NCBI GenBank assembly: GCA_021647505.1 | Contig: JAKIUN010000001.1 | Coordinates: 97,828 to 161,827 of the forward strand | Length of the DNA stretch: 64,000 nt | Origin: Gammaproteobacteria bacterium | GTDB taxonomy: Bacteria > Pseudomonadota > Gammaproteobacteria > SZUA-152 | Direction of reading: 5' to 3' | In this document: piece after piece, positions 8,690-19,070 of the stretch | Layout: the number at the start of each line of letters is the position of its first letter | How positions within the stretch are numbered: position 1 is the stretch's first letter | Notes under the pieces: model-generated | The model's input: the letters and a program-made list of their open reading frames with translations, nothing else | Told to the model about the DNA's origin: nothing | Databases searched by the model: none | Program-made: the position numbers and the translations under genes

Positions 8690-10915
8690 TTAACGGCTTT
8701 TCACCCTGTCCGGATGTAATTGCGTCACATTGTCGACAGGCTGTTTCAGGGCCGGCAGGCGCACCACTACACGGGCGCCGGTACGGGTGTTTTCGGCAAA
8801 CAGGTTGCCCATGTGTTCTTCGACGATACGCTTGACCACCGCCAGTCCCAGCCCGGTGCCGCGGGGCTTGGTGGTGGCGTAGGGCTCGAAGAGTTTGTCG
8901 AGCATGTCGTCGGGGATGCCCTGGCCATTATCTTCGATGGCCAGTTCGACAACGGTCTTCGAGGCCGCCTTGCGGCTGGCCAGGGTAATACGGATTTGTG
9001 CATCATCCTGTCCGGAAAGTGCGTCGATGGCATTGCGAACCAGGTTGTGCAACAGTTGCCGCAGGCGTCCAGGGTCGGCCTCCACCAGCGGTAGGTTTTG
9101 CTGTTCTTCAAAATGAAAGGAAACCTGGGTGCCATAACCACGATACAGGTCAAGCACTTCACGAATAAGCTCACCGAGGGACAGTGGGCGCAACTGGATT
9201 TGGGGAGTCTTGGCGTATTCTGAAAAGGCCTGCACCATTTCCTTCAGCGCTTGCACTTGCTGCACAATGGTGTGCGTGGAGCGGTCGAGCACCTCGGCAT
9301 CCTTTGGATCCATGCTATCAAGGTATTTGTGTCGCAGGCGCTCTGCGGAAAGCTGGATGGGGGTCAGCGGATTCTTGATCTCGTGCGCCAGTCGCCGCGC
9401 CACTTCACCCCAGGCGGCATCGCGTTGGGCCTGTACCAGCTCGGTAACATCCTCCAACACCACCACGTAGCCAGCGGGGATACCTTCCATGCCGGGTAGC
9501 CGGGTGCCGTGGCAGGTAATGATCTTGTGTCCACCACTGCCATACAATGAGACTTCTTCGCGCCAGTCGGCTTCCGTTTCATTGAGGTGTGGTAGCAGGG
9601 TTTGCACGAACGGGGCCACTTCCGGGTAATCTATTTCAAGTTTTGTGAGTTTGTGTCTGGCGCTGTAGTCAAGGTTAACGCCGAGGATGTGGCTGGCGGC
9701 AGCGTTTACGGCGCGTACGGTGAGATCGCGATCCAGGGTCATTACGCCCGATGACAGGCGTCCCAGCACGGCGCGCAGATAGGCGCGTTCGCGGTCGGCC
9801 TGACGCTGGCTGCGCATGGCCTGATCCTGGGCTTCGGCGATGCGCTGGGTCATTTCACTGAATGACTGCACCAGCGAGCCCAGTTCATCGTTGCTGGTGG
9901 CGGGTAGTTTCTTGTGATAGTTACCGGCCGCCACGGCGCGTGTACCGATGGCCAGGATGCGAATCGGCGAGACCAGACGCTGGGCGAAAAAGAACGCCGC
10001 CCATACCGCCGACAGCAGGGTGACCAGCAGAATCAGAAATAGGGTGAAGGCAAAGGTCTGCTTAAGAGGTTCACGCAGATACATCAGTTCCTTGTATTTG
10101 GTGTACGCCGATTGCACATTCTCTGCCATTTGGCCGATGCGCTTACTGACCGGATACAAGGCAATCAAGACCCTTGCCTTGCGGGCAGTGGCTGTCTGCT
10201 TGAGGGGGATGGCAACGCGAGTGTGCAGGCCCTGATTGCGGATTGGCGCCAGACCGATGTAGAACTTGTTGTCTCTGACTTGTTGCAGCACGGCCTCATC
10301 GGGCAGGCTGGGAATAATGGTGCTGGGATCGGCACTGGAGGAAGCGATCACCCGGCCATTGGATTGGGCGATCAGTAGTTCGCTGGCGCCAGATTTTTCG
10401 CGTAATTCATTGAGCCGGAAAAGCAGTGCACCGTCATTGGTTTGTTGAAGCTGTCGGGCAAGGCTGCGGGTTTCCTTGAGTTTTTCACGCATACGCATGT
10501 CGAGTGCGGATTTGCTTAATGCCAGCGCTTCGGTCATGGCGCGGTCGATGCGCACATCAAACCAGCTGTCGATACCCTGCTGTATGAAACCTAATGAGAA
10601 ATAGAAGACGATAGAGACGGGCGTAACGGCCATCACGACAAAGATCAGTACCAGCCGGGCAGTGAGGCGTGAGCCGGTGGCCGAACGGCGGTATTGATGA
10701 ATCAGGCGCAGCAGGCTGACGCCGATCAGGCCGGTGAGCACGATCAGGCCGAGGATGTTGATGGCCACCAGCACGATATGCAGACGGCCGAACTGGGCAG
10801 AGTTTTCTGTGGCGGCGGATAGCAGCCACAGCGAGCCCAGCATGAAGACGCCCATCAGAGCAACCGGGATGAAGCTGGTCGATATACGCCGCAACCAGGC
10901 GATAAGGGTGTTCAT
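8690..10915 (-). CDS. ntrY: NtrY-type sensor histidine kinase (TM-HAMP-PAS-HisKA-HATPase)
   Basis: HisKA box EVARRLAHEIKNPLTPIQLSAERL; HATPase DNGQGIP and GTGLGLAVVKRIVEEH. ATG 10915 overlaps the upstream stop as ATGA, so I prefer it to the track start at 10963. Confidence 0.85.
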   Translation of the reverse strand: MNTLIAWLRRISTSFIPVALMGVFMLGSLWLLSAATENSAQFGRLHIVLVAINILGLIVLTGLIGVSLLRLIHQYRRSATGSRLTARLVLIFVVMAVTPVSIVFYFSLGFIQQGIDSWFDVRIDRAMTEALALSKSALDMRMREKLKETRSLARQLQQTNDGALLFRLNELREKSGASELLIAQSNGRVIASSSADPSTIIPSLPDEAVLQQVRDNKFYIGLAPIRNQGLHTRVAIPLKQTATARKARVLIALYPVSKRIGQMAENVQSAYTKYKELMYLREPLKQTFAFTLFLILLVTLLSAVWAAFFFAQRLVSPIRILAIGTRAVAAGNYHKKLPATSNDELGSLVQSFSEMTQRIAEAQDQAMRSQRQADRERAYLRAVLGRLSSGVMTLDRDLTVRAVNAAASHILGVNLDYSARHKLTKLEIDYPEVAPFVQTLLPHLNETEADWREEVSLYGSGGHKIITCHGTRLPGMEGIPAGYVVVLEDVTELVQAQRDAAWGEVARRLAHEIKNPLTPIQLSAERLRHKYLDSMDPKDAEVLDRSTHTIVQQVQALKEMVQAFSEYAKTPQIQLRPLSLGELIREVLDLYRGYGTQVSFHFEEQQNLPLVEADPGRLRQLLHNLVRNAIDALSGQDDAQIRITLASRKAASKTVVELAIEDNGQGIPDDMLDKLFEPYATTKPRGTGLGLAVVKRIVEEHMGNLFAENTRTGARVVVRLPALKQPVDNVTQLHPDRVKSR

Positions 10916-11523
10916 TGCTCCATTCCCAGATCCCAGCTGTACCAGCCGCTGGTCAGCCACCAATTCTGTGATATATAGGCGCGCATGCGTAAGGGAACCG
11001 GCAGGCTTTCAAAGTCCAGATAAGAGCGGATGCTGACCATATAGTACTCATCAGGGTCGAGGAGCTTGGCATCGATGATGGGCAGGCTGCGGATATCACC
11101 GAGGGCGCGCAGTACGCTGGCTAACGTTGAGTAGCTGGCTTCGTGTCCGCTGTTGAGGTTACGCAGCAGGTATTGCTCGGTGAGGGCAAAATATTGGATA
11201 GTGGTGCGTTGTTCGAGGCTGGCGATGTGCTCGTCCCACAGATAGCGGCGTGGCTGGCGGACGTCGATATCCAGGGCAAAGGTCAGGGGAATGCCGTTGT
11301 CCAGGGCTTCCAGCACCTTTTTCGGTAGTGCGAAGGTGAGGAGGGCGTCAAGGCGGTAGACACCGTCTGTCAGGGTGGTTTTTGCTCCCTGCACACTGAA
11401 AGGCTGCGCTGCCAACAGCGGGCCGGTGCAGATCAGCAGCGCGCACAGCCAGCCCAGCAGATGGTGGTTGTGCCGTCGGGGCTGGCGCGTCAGCGGCGGG
11501 CTGTGGCGCGTTTGTGTAAGCAT
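10912..11523 (-). CDS. DUF4390-like exported protein
   Basis: 203-aa ORF between rsmB and ntrY, the usual position of DUF4390. The family call rests on synteny and general sequence resemblance from memory. The start overlaps the rsmB end by 34 nt and is uncertain. Confidence 0.7.
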   Translation of the reverse strand: MLTQTRHSPPLTRQPRRHNHHLLGWLCALLICTGPLLAAQPFSVQGAKTTLTDGVYRLDALLTFALPKKVLEALDNGIPLTFALDIDVRQPRRYLWDEHIASLEQRTTIQYFALTEQYLLRNLNSGHEASYSTLASVLRALGDIRSLPIIDAKLLDPDEYYMVSIRSYLDFESLPVPLRMRAYISQNWWLTSGWYSWDLGMEQ

Positions 11524-12806
11524 GCGTAGTAAAAACCGTCCATTTGGGCCGTACCGCCGGGCAGAATCTGGCGACCAATGCCCGTGGTGCGGCCCCAGTC
11601 TGCGTTGATGTCCCGGTGCTCAGCATCGGGCCGTTCGGCGAGGAAGGTGCTGATGCGCCGTTCGTTTTCCTGCGGCAGCACGGAGCAGGTGGCGTACAGC
11701 AGGATACCGCCAGTGCGCAGCAGAGGCCAGATGGCGTGCAGAACCTCTCCCTGCAACTCTAGCAGAGTTTCGATATCTCCCGGGCGGCGCAGCAGCTTGA
11801 TGTCAGGGTGACGACGGATAACGCCGCTGGCGGAACAGGGCGCATCGAGCAGGATACGGTCAAAGGGGCGGCCGTCCCACCAATCTTGCGGCTGGCGCGC
11901 GTCGCCGCGACAGGTGACTGCGGTCAGGCCGAGGCGCTGCAGGTTATCCGTCACCCGTTGCAGGCGTTGGGCCTCGATGTCCACGGCCAGCAGCTCAATG
12001 TCGTCATTGTGTTCGAGAATGTGCGCGGTCTTGCCGCCGGGGGCGGCACAAACATCCAGCACCCGCTCACCGGGCTGGGCATCCAGCAGCGTGGCGGCCA
12101 GCTGAGCGGCCTCGTCCTGTACCGAGACCGTACCCTCGGCGAAACCTGGCAGCAGGCTGACATCAACGGCCTGTCGCAGGCGGATACCGCAGTCACTGGC
12201 GGTGGTTACTTCGGCGCCAATGCCGGCCTGTTCGAGGCTTGACAGATAGTCACTGCGTGACTGTCTGTGTGTGTTGACGCGCAGGGTCATGGGCGCACGT
12301 TCATTATTGGCGGCAAGGATCTGCTGCCAATCATCCGGCCAGGCTTGGCGCAGGGTGTCGATCAGCCACTGGGGATGGGCCCAACGTCCGGGTTCGCTGT
12401 CGTCGGCCTGGGCCAGCAGCGTTTCTTGCCGGCGCTGGAAGTTACGCAGCACGGCATTGAGCAGGCCGCGCGCCCAGTCTTTGCCCAGGGCGTTGACGGC
12501 GCCAACGGTCTCGGCCACGGCGGCGTGGGCAGGAATGCGCATGGCGGTGAGCTGGTATAGGCCAAGCAGGATCAGGGCCTGTACGTCGCGATCTTTTTTG
12601 CCCAGTGGTTTGCGCAGCAGGGCGCCGGCGATGTGTTCGAGGCGCGGCCAAGCGCGCAGAGTGCCGTAGCAGAGTTCCTGAATCAGGGCGCGGTCATTGT
12701 CGCGGGCGCGCGGTAGGTTGTCGTCGAGGACGGCGGTGAGCGAGGCGCCATTGACGACGCGGGCGAGGATTTTGGCAGCGAGGGCGCGGGGATTCGTGTT
12801 TTTCAC
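11490..12806 (-). CDS. rsmB: 16S rRNA (cytosine967-C5)-methyltransferase RsmB
   Basis: NusB-like N-domain; SAM motif VLDVCAAPGGKT; catalytic DAPCSASGVIRRHPD and YATCSV. GTG 12806 overlaps the fmt stop (GTGA). The track start at 12920 would overlap fmt by 118 nt. Confidence 0.9.
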   Translation of the reverse strand: MKNTNPRALAAKILARVVNGASLTAVLDDNLPRARDNDRALIQELCYGTLRAWPRLEHIAGALLRKPLGKKDRDVQALILLGLYQLTAMRIPAHAAVAETVGAVNALGKDWARGLLNAVLRNFQRRQETLLAQADDSEPGRWAHPQWLIDTLRQAWPDDWQQILAANNERAPMTLRVNTHRQSRSDYLSSLEQAGIGAEVTTASDCGIRLRQAVDVSLLPGFAEGTVSVQDEAAQLAATLLDAQPGERVLDVCAAPGGKTAHILEHNDDIELLAVDIEAQRLQRVTDNLQRLGLTAVTCRGDARQPQDWWDGRPFDRILLDAPCSASGVIRRHPDIKLLRRPGDIETLLELQGEVLHAIWPLLRTGGILLYATCSVLPQENERRISTFLAERPDAEHRDINADWGRTTGIGRQILPGGTAQMDGFYYACLHKRATARR

Positions 12807-13747
12807 GCGGTGCCTAACCGCTTGCCCAGCAGGCTGTGGGCGTTGAGGTAGTCGGCCGCATCGATGGGTCGCCCGCCGGGCAGCTGCAGGCGAGTGATGC
12901 GCAGCAGGTCGTCGCCGCAAACCACGTCGATGCCGTCGCGGCCTTCGGCCACCACCGTACCGGGGAGGGTATCGCTGCCGCCACCGATGGCATCGGCCAG
13001 CCAGATACGCAGGTTCTGCCCCTGGTAGGGCGTGTGGGCGACGGGCCAGGGATTGAAAGCGCGCACCAAGCGGGCCAACTCAGCGGCGGGCTGTTGCCAG
13101 TCGATCCGCGCCTCGGCCTTGTCCAGCTTGGCGGCGTAGGTGGATTGCGTGTCGTCCTGCGGTTCGGGCCGGAGGGCGTCGTTCTGCAGGCCGTGCAGGG
13201 TGTCGAGCAGGGCCTGCGCGCCGAGGGTGGCGAGGCGGTCGTGCAGGGTTTGCGCGGTATCGTCGAACCCGATGGAGGTGCGGGCCTTGAGCAGCATGTC
13301 GCCGGTGTCCAGACCCTCGTCCATTTGCATGAGGGTGACGCCGGTCTCGGCATCGCCGGCAAGGATGGCGCGCTGAATAGGGGCGGCGCCACGCCAGCGC
13401 GGTAGTAGGGAGGCATGCACATTGAGACAGCCCATGCGTGGGGTAGCAAGCATAGCGGCGGGCAGGATCAGGCCATAGGCGACGACAATCATCACGTCGG
13501 CGTCAAAGGTGGCCAGCTCGGCCTGTGCTTCGACATTGCGCAGGGTCTTGGGTTGCAGCACCGGGATTTCATGGGTCAAGGCCAACTCTTTCACTGGGCT
13601 GGCCTTGAGTTTGCGGCCACGACCCGCAGGGCGGTCGGGCTGGGTATAGGCGGCGCGTACGTGGTGCGGCGAATCCAGCAGGGCTTGTAAACTGCTGCCA
13701 GCGAATTCCGGCGTGCCGGCAAAGATGACGTTCAGGCCTTCTGGCAC
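12803..13747 (-). CDS. fmt: Methionyl-tRNA formyltransferase
   Basis: VIFAGTPEFA N-terminus and the NVHASLLPRWRGAAPIQRAI motif. Lies in def-fmt synteny. Confidence 0.95.
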   Translation of the reverse strand: MPEGLNVIFAGTPEFAGSSLQALLDSPHHVRAAYTQPDRPAGRGRKLKASPVKELALTHEIPVLQPKTLRNVEAQAELATFDADVMIVVAYGLILPAAMLATPRMGCLNVHASLLPRWRGAAPIQRAILAGDAETGVTLMQMDEGLDTGDMLLKARTSIGFDDTAQTLHDRLATLGAQALLDTLHGLQNDALRPEPQDDTQSTYAAKLDKAEARIDWQQPAAELARLVRAFNPWPVAHTPYQGQNLRIWLADAIGGGSDTLPGTVVAEGRDGIDVVCGDDLLRITRLQLPGGRPIDAADYLNAHSLLGKRLGTA

Positions 13748-13786
13748 AGAATGTTCCTTCTAATAGGAGGGTGGTGCAGGCCGGAC

Positions 13787-14290
13787 TCACATGGCATGCA
13801 GGCGCTGTTTTTCCAGCTTCTTGCGGATGCGATTGCGCTTGAGGGCAGAAAGGTGGTCGACGAACAGCTTGCCGTCGAGGTGGTCGATTTCGTGCTGGAT
13901 GCAGACGGCCAGCAGGTCATCGGTCTCCAGTTCGATGGCCTTGCCGTCGCGATCCAGGGCGCGTACGCGGATGTGCTCGGCACGGCGAACCTGCTCATAG
14001 ATACCCGGCACGGACAGGCAGCCTTCTTCGCTCTTTTCACTGCCCGTGGCCTCGATAATCTCCGGGTTGATGAAACACTGGGGCTGATCCTTGTGTTCCG
14101 AAATATCAATGACAATGATGCGCTTTAGGATGTTGACCTGCACCGCAGCGAGACCGATACCCGGGGCCTTGTACATGGTTTCAAACATGTCATCGACGAT
14201 ACGCTGGATGCCGGCATCCACCGTGGTGACAGGTTCGGCCTTTTGGCGCAAAAGCGGGTCGGGAAAATGCAGAATATTCAGTACTGACAT
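13787..14290 (-). CDS. def: Peptide deformylase
   Basis: Motifs [17 protein letters not shown] and [23 protein letters not shown] is the canonical N-terminus, so I prefer ATG 14290 to the track start at 14326. Confidence 0.95.
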   Translation of the reverse strand: MSVLNILHFPDPLLRQKAEPVTTVDAGIQRIVDDMFETMYKAPGIGLAAVQVNILKRIIVIDISEHKDQPQCFINPEIIEATGSEKSEEGCLSVPGIYEQVRRAEHIRVRALDRDGKAIELETDDLLAVCIQHEIDHLDGKLFVDHLSALKRNRIRKKLEKQRLHAM

Positions 14291-14522
14291 GTGAAGTCCA
14301 TCAATAAAGCCTGTAAATGTCATCAAAGATATGTTCTTGAGGGCCGATGATTATACGCAGGTAGCCGGCAATCCGGTAGAAAGCAAGCTCAACCCAAGTG
14401 AAGTTTTGCCGCTATCTCTTTCATTTTCTTTTATTAATAATGCGGCGTATAGCGCTGACGTCACTGGAGTCCAAGGGATGATTCGTCTACACTCGGGCAA
14501 ATCGATGAACAGAGGGATGACG

Positions 14523-15566
14523 ATGTCGAAGAGAATGCTTCTGGGCCTGTTGCTGTATCTCAGCATGGGCGTGGTGCTGGCCGACACGATCAAATTGAAA
14601 TCCGATCACCCTGACCGCTATGTGGTCGTCAAGGGCGACACCCTGTGGGATATTTCCGCGCGTTTTCTGGAAAGCCCCTGGCGCTGGCCCGAGGTATGGA
14701 GCTTCAATCCACAGATCAAGAATCCGCATTTGATTTACCCGGGCGACGAGGTCTATCTGGACTATGATGCCGAAGGTCGACCGATTCTGCGTGTACAGCG
14801 TGGCGCACCGACGGTAAAGCTGTCACCCAAGGTACGTGCTGAGCGTGTGGACACCCCCATTGCCACTATTCCACTGGATGCCATCAGCCAGTTCCTCGGC
14901 CAACCCCGGGTGCTCAGTGAGCGTGAAGTGGAAGATTCCGCCTATATCGTTTCCGGTAGCGAGCAGCGCCTGATCTCTGGCGCCGGCGATACCGTCTATG
15001 CCCGCGGTCTGGTGCCGGGGCAGGATCCAAAATCGCGTTACAGCGTATTGCGTATAGGGCAGCCTTATCGCAACCCGGGGGCCGCCCGTGGTGATATCCT
15101 GGGCTATGAGGCCTTGCATGTCGCTGACGCCGTTGTCGATGAGTTTGGTGATCCCAGCACCCTGCACATCATTTATTCCAATCGCGAAGCCCTGGTGGGT
15201 GACAAGTTGGTGCCCAAGGGGGTGAGTGATGTCGACCAGGCTTTTCTACCGCACTCACCGAAGATGCCTGTCGAGGGCAAAATTATTGCTGTGGTGGATG
15301 GTGTCTCACGTATCGGACAGTTCCAGACCGTTGTGCTGAACAAGGGTGAGCAGGATGGCCTGGAAACAGGCCATGTGCTGGCGGTGTATCAGAGCGGCGC
15401 GGTGATTCGTGACAATTTTGCTGCAAAGCGGGGCGAAAAGGTCACCCTGCCAGATGTCCGGGCAGGTATTGTGCTGGTATTTCGCACCTTTGACCGCGTG
15501 AGTTATGCGCTGGTCATGGAGTCTGAAAAGGCCATGCGCCTCTACGACAGCGTGCGTAATCCCTGA
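14523..15566 (+). CDS. LysM peptidoglycan-binding protein (TsaP-like position between def and dprA)
   Basis: Signal peptide MSKRMLLGLLLYLSMGVVLA. LysM domain YVVVKGDTLWDISARFLESPWRWPEVW...IYPGDEVYL. AGAGGG lies 6 nt upstream of ATG 14523. The def/dprA neighbourhood matches the type IV pilus secretin-associated TsaP locus. Confidence 0.8.
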   Translation: MSKRMLLGLLLYLSMGVVLADTIKLKSDHPDRYVVVKGDTLWDISARFLESPWRWPEVWSFNPQIKNPHLIYPGDEVYLDYDAEGRPILRVQRGAPTVKLSPKVRAERVDTPIATIPLDAISQFLGQPRVLSEREVEDSAYIVSGSEQRLISGAGDTVYARGLVPGQDPKSRYSVLRIGQPYRNPGAARGDILGYEALHVADAVVDEFGDPSTLHIIYSNREALVGDKLVPKGVSDVDQAFLPHSPKMPVEGKIIAVVDGVSRIGQFQTVVLNKGEQDGLETGHVLAVYQSGAVIRDNFAAKRGEKVTLPDVRAGIVLVFRTFDRVSYALVMESEKAMRLYDSVRNP

Positions 15567-15599
15567 TTTCGATCTGCCTGGGCGGGATGCCCGGGTTTC

Positions 15600-16754
15600 A
15601 TGGAGGCGTCGGCAATGGAAGGGCCGAACGGTGGGGCTGTGCCCCAGGATGATCTACGCTATTGGCTGGCGCTGCATCGTACACCCGGCCTGGGTGCGAT
15701 AGCGTTTCAGCGTCTGCTGGATCGGTTTTCCTCTCCCCGTGAATTTTTTACGCTGCCTGCGTCCGAGCGGCGTTGTGCACTACCTTTGCCACCAGCCGGT
15801 CGTGCCTTTCTCGCCGCACCCGCTTGGGACAAGATCGAGTCCGACCTGCGCTGGGCGGAAGCTGAATCCCGCACTGTTCTGACACTGCATGACCCCGACT
15901 ACCCACAGCTGCTGAGAGAGATTGCGGATCCACCGCCACTGCTGTTTGTGTGTGGGAATCCGGCCCTCCTCTCCCGGCCGCAGATCGCTATCGTTGGCAG
16001 CCGTAATCCCAGCGCGGGCGGACGCAGCCTGGCGGAAGACTTTGCCTTGTCCCTGTGTCGCTCCGGCTTAATCGTCACCAGCGGCATGGCACTGGGTATC
16101 GATGCCGCGAGTCACCGGGGGGCCTTGCGGGCAAAGGGTGGGACGATTGCCGTGGCGGGTACCGGCCCAGATCGTATCTACCCGGCCCGGCACCGGAGTC
16201 TGGCGCAGGCCATCGTCGCGCAGGGTGCCATCATCAGCGAGTTTTCACCCGGCACACCGGCACGGCCTGGCAACTTTCCGCGCCGCAACCGTATTATCAG
16301 TGGCCTTAGTCTCGGTGTGCTGGTGGTGGAGGCTGCCTGTAAAAGTGGTTCTCTTATCACGGCGCGCTTGGCGGCAGAACAGGGACGGGAGGTATTTGCC
16401 CTGCCCGGCTCTATTCACAACCCTCTGGCTCGGGGTTGCCACCAGTTGATCCGGCAAGGCGCGAAACTGGTGGAAGATATTAGCGATATTCTGGAGGAAC
16501 TGGGGCCACTGGCGGCAGTCACAGGGTATAAGTCCGTGGGCGTTGGGGGGAATATTACCGATACCGAGACATTGCCCGCTGACCAGCTGCAACTATTGAC
16601 ATCGTTGGCTTTTGAACCGGCAAGCATTGACACCCTGGTAGAGCGCAGTGGATTGACGGCGGACGTGGTTTCCTCCATGCTTTTACATATGGAGTTGCAG
16701 GGACGCGTCACATCAAGCGGTGGCCGATACTGCCGCGTCGACAAAAGTAGGTAA
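15600..16754 (+). CDS. dprA: DNA-processing protein DprA (Smf)
   Basis: GLIVTSGMALGIDAASHRGAL and FPRRNRIISGLS motifs. Start codon uncertain. Confidence 0.9.
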   Translation: MEASAMEGPNGGAVPQDDLRYWLALHRTPGLGAIAFQRLLDRFSSPREFFTLPASERRCALPLPPAGRAFLAAPAWDKIESDLRWAEAESRTVLTLHDPDYPQLLREIADPPPLLFVCGNPALLSRPQIAIVGSRNPSAGGRSLAEDFALSLCRSGLIVTSGMALGIDAASHRGALRAKGGTIAVAGTGPDRIYPARHRSLAQAIVAQGAIISEFSPGTPARPGNFPRRNRIISGLSLGVLVVEAACKSGSLITARLAAEQGREVFALPGSIHNPLARGCHQLIRQGAKLVEDISDILEELGPLAAVTGYKSVGVGGNITDTETLPADQLQLLTSLAFEPASIDTLVERSGLTADVVSSMLLHMELQGRVTSSGGRYCRVDKSR

Positions 16755-16756
16755 TC

Positions 16757-17239
16757 ATGAAAGAAGATGTGCTTGATGTACTGATGTATCTGTTTGAGAA
16801 CTATATGGACGATGACACCGCCCTGGATGAAGATCCAGAGACCTTGCGGGTTCAGCTCCGTGAGGCGGGCTTTCTTCATTCAGAGATCAGTAAGGCATTT
16901 ACCTGGCTGGAAGATCTGGCTCTGGCCCAACGCGGCACAGCGCCACAGTCGCTTCAGGCCGGGCGCTCCATCCGCGTTTTCAATGCCAGCGAAGAGAAGA
17001 AGCTGGATATCGAAAGCCGTGGATTCCTTATTTTCCTCGAACAGATGGGTGTGCTGGATGACGCCAGCCGCGAACTGGTCATCGACCGCATCATGGCGCT
17101 GGAGTCGGCGGATATCGACCTGGAACAGGTGAAGTGGGTGGTGTTGATGGTGCTGTTCAACCAGCCGGGCCTGGAAGAAGCTTTTTCCTGGATGGAAAAC
17201 ATGGTGATGGAAGAGTCGTCCCAGCAGTCTCTGCACTGA
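16757..17239 (+). CDS. smg: Smg (DUF494) protein
   Basis: MKEDVLDVLMYLFENYMDDD N-terminus. Canonical dprA-smg pairing with a 2-nt gap. Confidence 0.9.
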   Translation: MKEDVLDVLMYLFENYMDDDTALDEDPETLRVQLREAGFLHSEISKAFTWLEDLALAQRGTAPQSLQAGRSIRVFNASEEKKLDIESRGFLIFLEQMGVLDDASRELVIDRIMALESADIDLEQVKWVVLMVLFNQPGLEEAFSWMENMVMEESSQQSLH

Positions 17240-17253
17240 TTTCCCTCGGTACG

Positions 17254-17296
17254 AAAAAAGCCTCCTATCTCACGCGTGTGGCAGGGGGCTTTTTTG
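17254..17296 (+). terminator. Rho-independent terminator after smg
   Basis: AAAAAGCCTCCT ... AGGGGGCTTTTTT: an 8-bp stem with one G-U pair, flanked by an A-run and a T-run. Confidence 0.6.
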
Positions 17297-17363
17297 TCTC
17301 TTGACGTTTTTCCACAATACCCGTGCCGCTTGTTGTATGGGTTGTTGAGTTAGTGCGTATTCC

Positions 17364-17393
17364 GCGTGGGCATGGAAAGCCTGCCCACCCTAC
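17364..17393. repeat. REP-like palindrome (GTGGGCA...TGCCCACCCTAC)
   Basis: GCGTGGGCATGGAAAGCCTGCCCACCCTAC shares the TGCCCACCCTAC arm with the perfect palindrome at 61016-61040. Confidence 0.5.
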
Positions 17394-17508
17394 CAGGGTT
17401 CTGTGGGGACTCCTCAGCGATTAAAGTTGGCTGCTTACACCATGAAGAACATGGAGAGCATGAAGTACGGCTCAAATATGGGCTAGTACTCCGTCAACCC
17501 TGTCGGGT

Positions 17509-18480
17509 TCAGTCCACGGCAGGAACAAACGGATCGGCGTAAATGTCCTTGAGTGAGGCGCCTGCCAGAAAGGCCTTCTGACGGGCGGATTTCACCATGT
17601 CTTCGCGGCCACACAGGTAGATATGCCAGCCACCCAGTTTGCCGGTCTCTTCCAGTGCCTTTTGGTCTGCGCGCCCAGCGGTCATCCCCTGCGGCGGGTC
17701 ACCCTGGGAGACACAGGGGTGGTAGTGAACATTGGAGTGAGCGACATCCAGTGCCTTCAGTTCATCGATGAGGTACAGGTCTTCCGCCGTACTGCTGCCA
17801 TGGTAGAGGTGGATTTCGCCTGGGTGATCCTGGCGCAGGGCATCACGCAGGATGCCGTAGAGTGGAGCCAGTCCGGTGCCCGTGCCGATCAGGAGCAGGT
17901 TTTGCCCGGGCTGGCCCGGGGTGTAGAAGCAGTCGCCGGTTGCCGGACTGATGCTGACCCGGTTCGTGACTTTCAGGACGGTATGTATCCAACCGCTGAC
18001 CTTGCCGCCCGGGATGTGACGAACGTGCAGTTCAAGGAAGTCGTCGTCATCGGGAAGACTGGCCAGTGAATAGCTGCGCTCGACGCCGTCGGGGTTTTGC
18101 AGATTGAGGAATTGGCCGGGGAAATAGCTGTAGTTCTCCGGTCGCGCCAGCCGGACGCGGAGTACATCAGCATTGAGCCTGTCCAGCGCCAGCACGTCGG
18201 TTTCCATGCTCTGAAAATCCCTGCCTGGTCGGCTGATGGTGATATCTTCCTCCGCAACACAGGAGCACATGAGGAAATAGTTCTGTGCCTTAAGGGCATC
18301 TTTGAGGCCTTTTTGGGATGCCTCCGACGGCGTGCCCTCTTTCATCATCATCATGCAGCTCTGGCAGATACCGGCGCGACAGGAGTAGTTGACGGATACG
18401 TTATGCCGGATCAGGCAATCGAGAACGGATTCACCGTCTTCGGCCAGATATTCCTGGCCATCAAATGCTATTTTTGGCAT
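17509..18480 (-). CDS. 2Fe-2S ferredoxin-fused FAD/NAD(P)H oxidoreductase (FNR-like reductase)
   Basis: N-terminal plant-type ferredoxin cysteines (CRAGICQSC...C); FAD motif RSYSLAS; NAD(P) motif LLIGTGTGLAPL. Lies downstream of the truncated haemoglobin on the same strand. Confidence 0.85.
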   Translation of the reverse strand: MPKIAFDGQEYLAEDGESVLDCLIRHNVSVNYSCRAGICQSCMMMMKEGTPSEASQKGLKDALKAQNYFLMCSCVAEEDITISRPGRDFQSMETDVLALDRLNADVLRVRLARPENYSYFPGQFLNLQNPDGVERSYSLASLPDDDDFLELHVRHIPGGKVSGWIHTVLKVTNRVSISPATGDCFYTPGQPGQNLLLIGTGTGLAPLYGILRDALRQDHPGEIHLYHGSSTAEDLYLIDELKALDVAHSNVHYHPCVSQGDPPQGMTAGRADQKALEETGKLGGWHIYLCGREDMVKSARQKAFLAGASLKDIYADPFVPAVD

Positions 18481-18537
18481 AACCCATCCGTCAAGTGTGA
18501 TGAATCCGTACGTTGCTAACCCTGCCTTGATGGAGTA

Positions 18538-18906
18538 CTAGCGACCTAGAACGTCGTTGCGGGTGGTTTCAGCGATGGCGGCGACTTCTCCGATCAGGTC
18601 ATCAGAAACGCCCAGCTCTTTCAGCGTGCCACCGAGGTTTTCGACCACGGCATCAAAGTGGCTGTCATTCAGGCCACGGGCAACCAGGTGTGCGTGGCCC
18701 TTACGCATGTCTTCGCCGGTGTAGCTGTTGGGGCCGCCAAAGGCCATGGTCAGGAAGGCTTTTTGTTTGGCGGCTTGTTTATCCATGTCGACATCGGCAA
18801 AGAATTCGCTGATACGGTCATCGGCCAGCACCTTGCGGTAGAAAATATCGACGGCGGCATCGACAGCGGCTTCGCCACCCAAACGGTTGAAAAGTGAATC
18901 GGACAT
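18538..18906 (-). CDS. Group-I truncated haemoglobin (trHbN-like)
   Basis: 122 aa. LFNRLGGEAAVDAAVDIFYRKVLADDRISEFF...KQKAFLTMAFGGPNSYTGEDMRKGHAHL fits the 2-on-2 globin pattern. Confidence 0.9.
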   Translation of the reverse strand: MSDSLFNRLGGEAAVDAAVDIFYRKVLADDRISEFFADVDMDKQAAKQKAFLTMAFGGPNSYTGEDMRKGHAHLVARGLNDSHFDAVVENLGGTLKELGVSDDLIGEVAAIAETTRNDVLGR

Positions 18907-19070
18907 ACGGGTAGAACTCCTCGGTTAGCTGGTATCAGCGATGGAATATGCACCAGCACGGTGGGTGTCTGGCGCGGTTATGGATACTCAGGACTCTATT
19001 GTTGACGACACAAAAAACCACGCCTCTGCGCGGAAATTGAAATATCTAGCTGAAGACAGCTGGTCAAATG

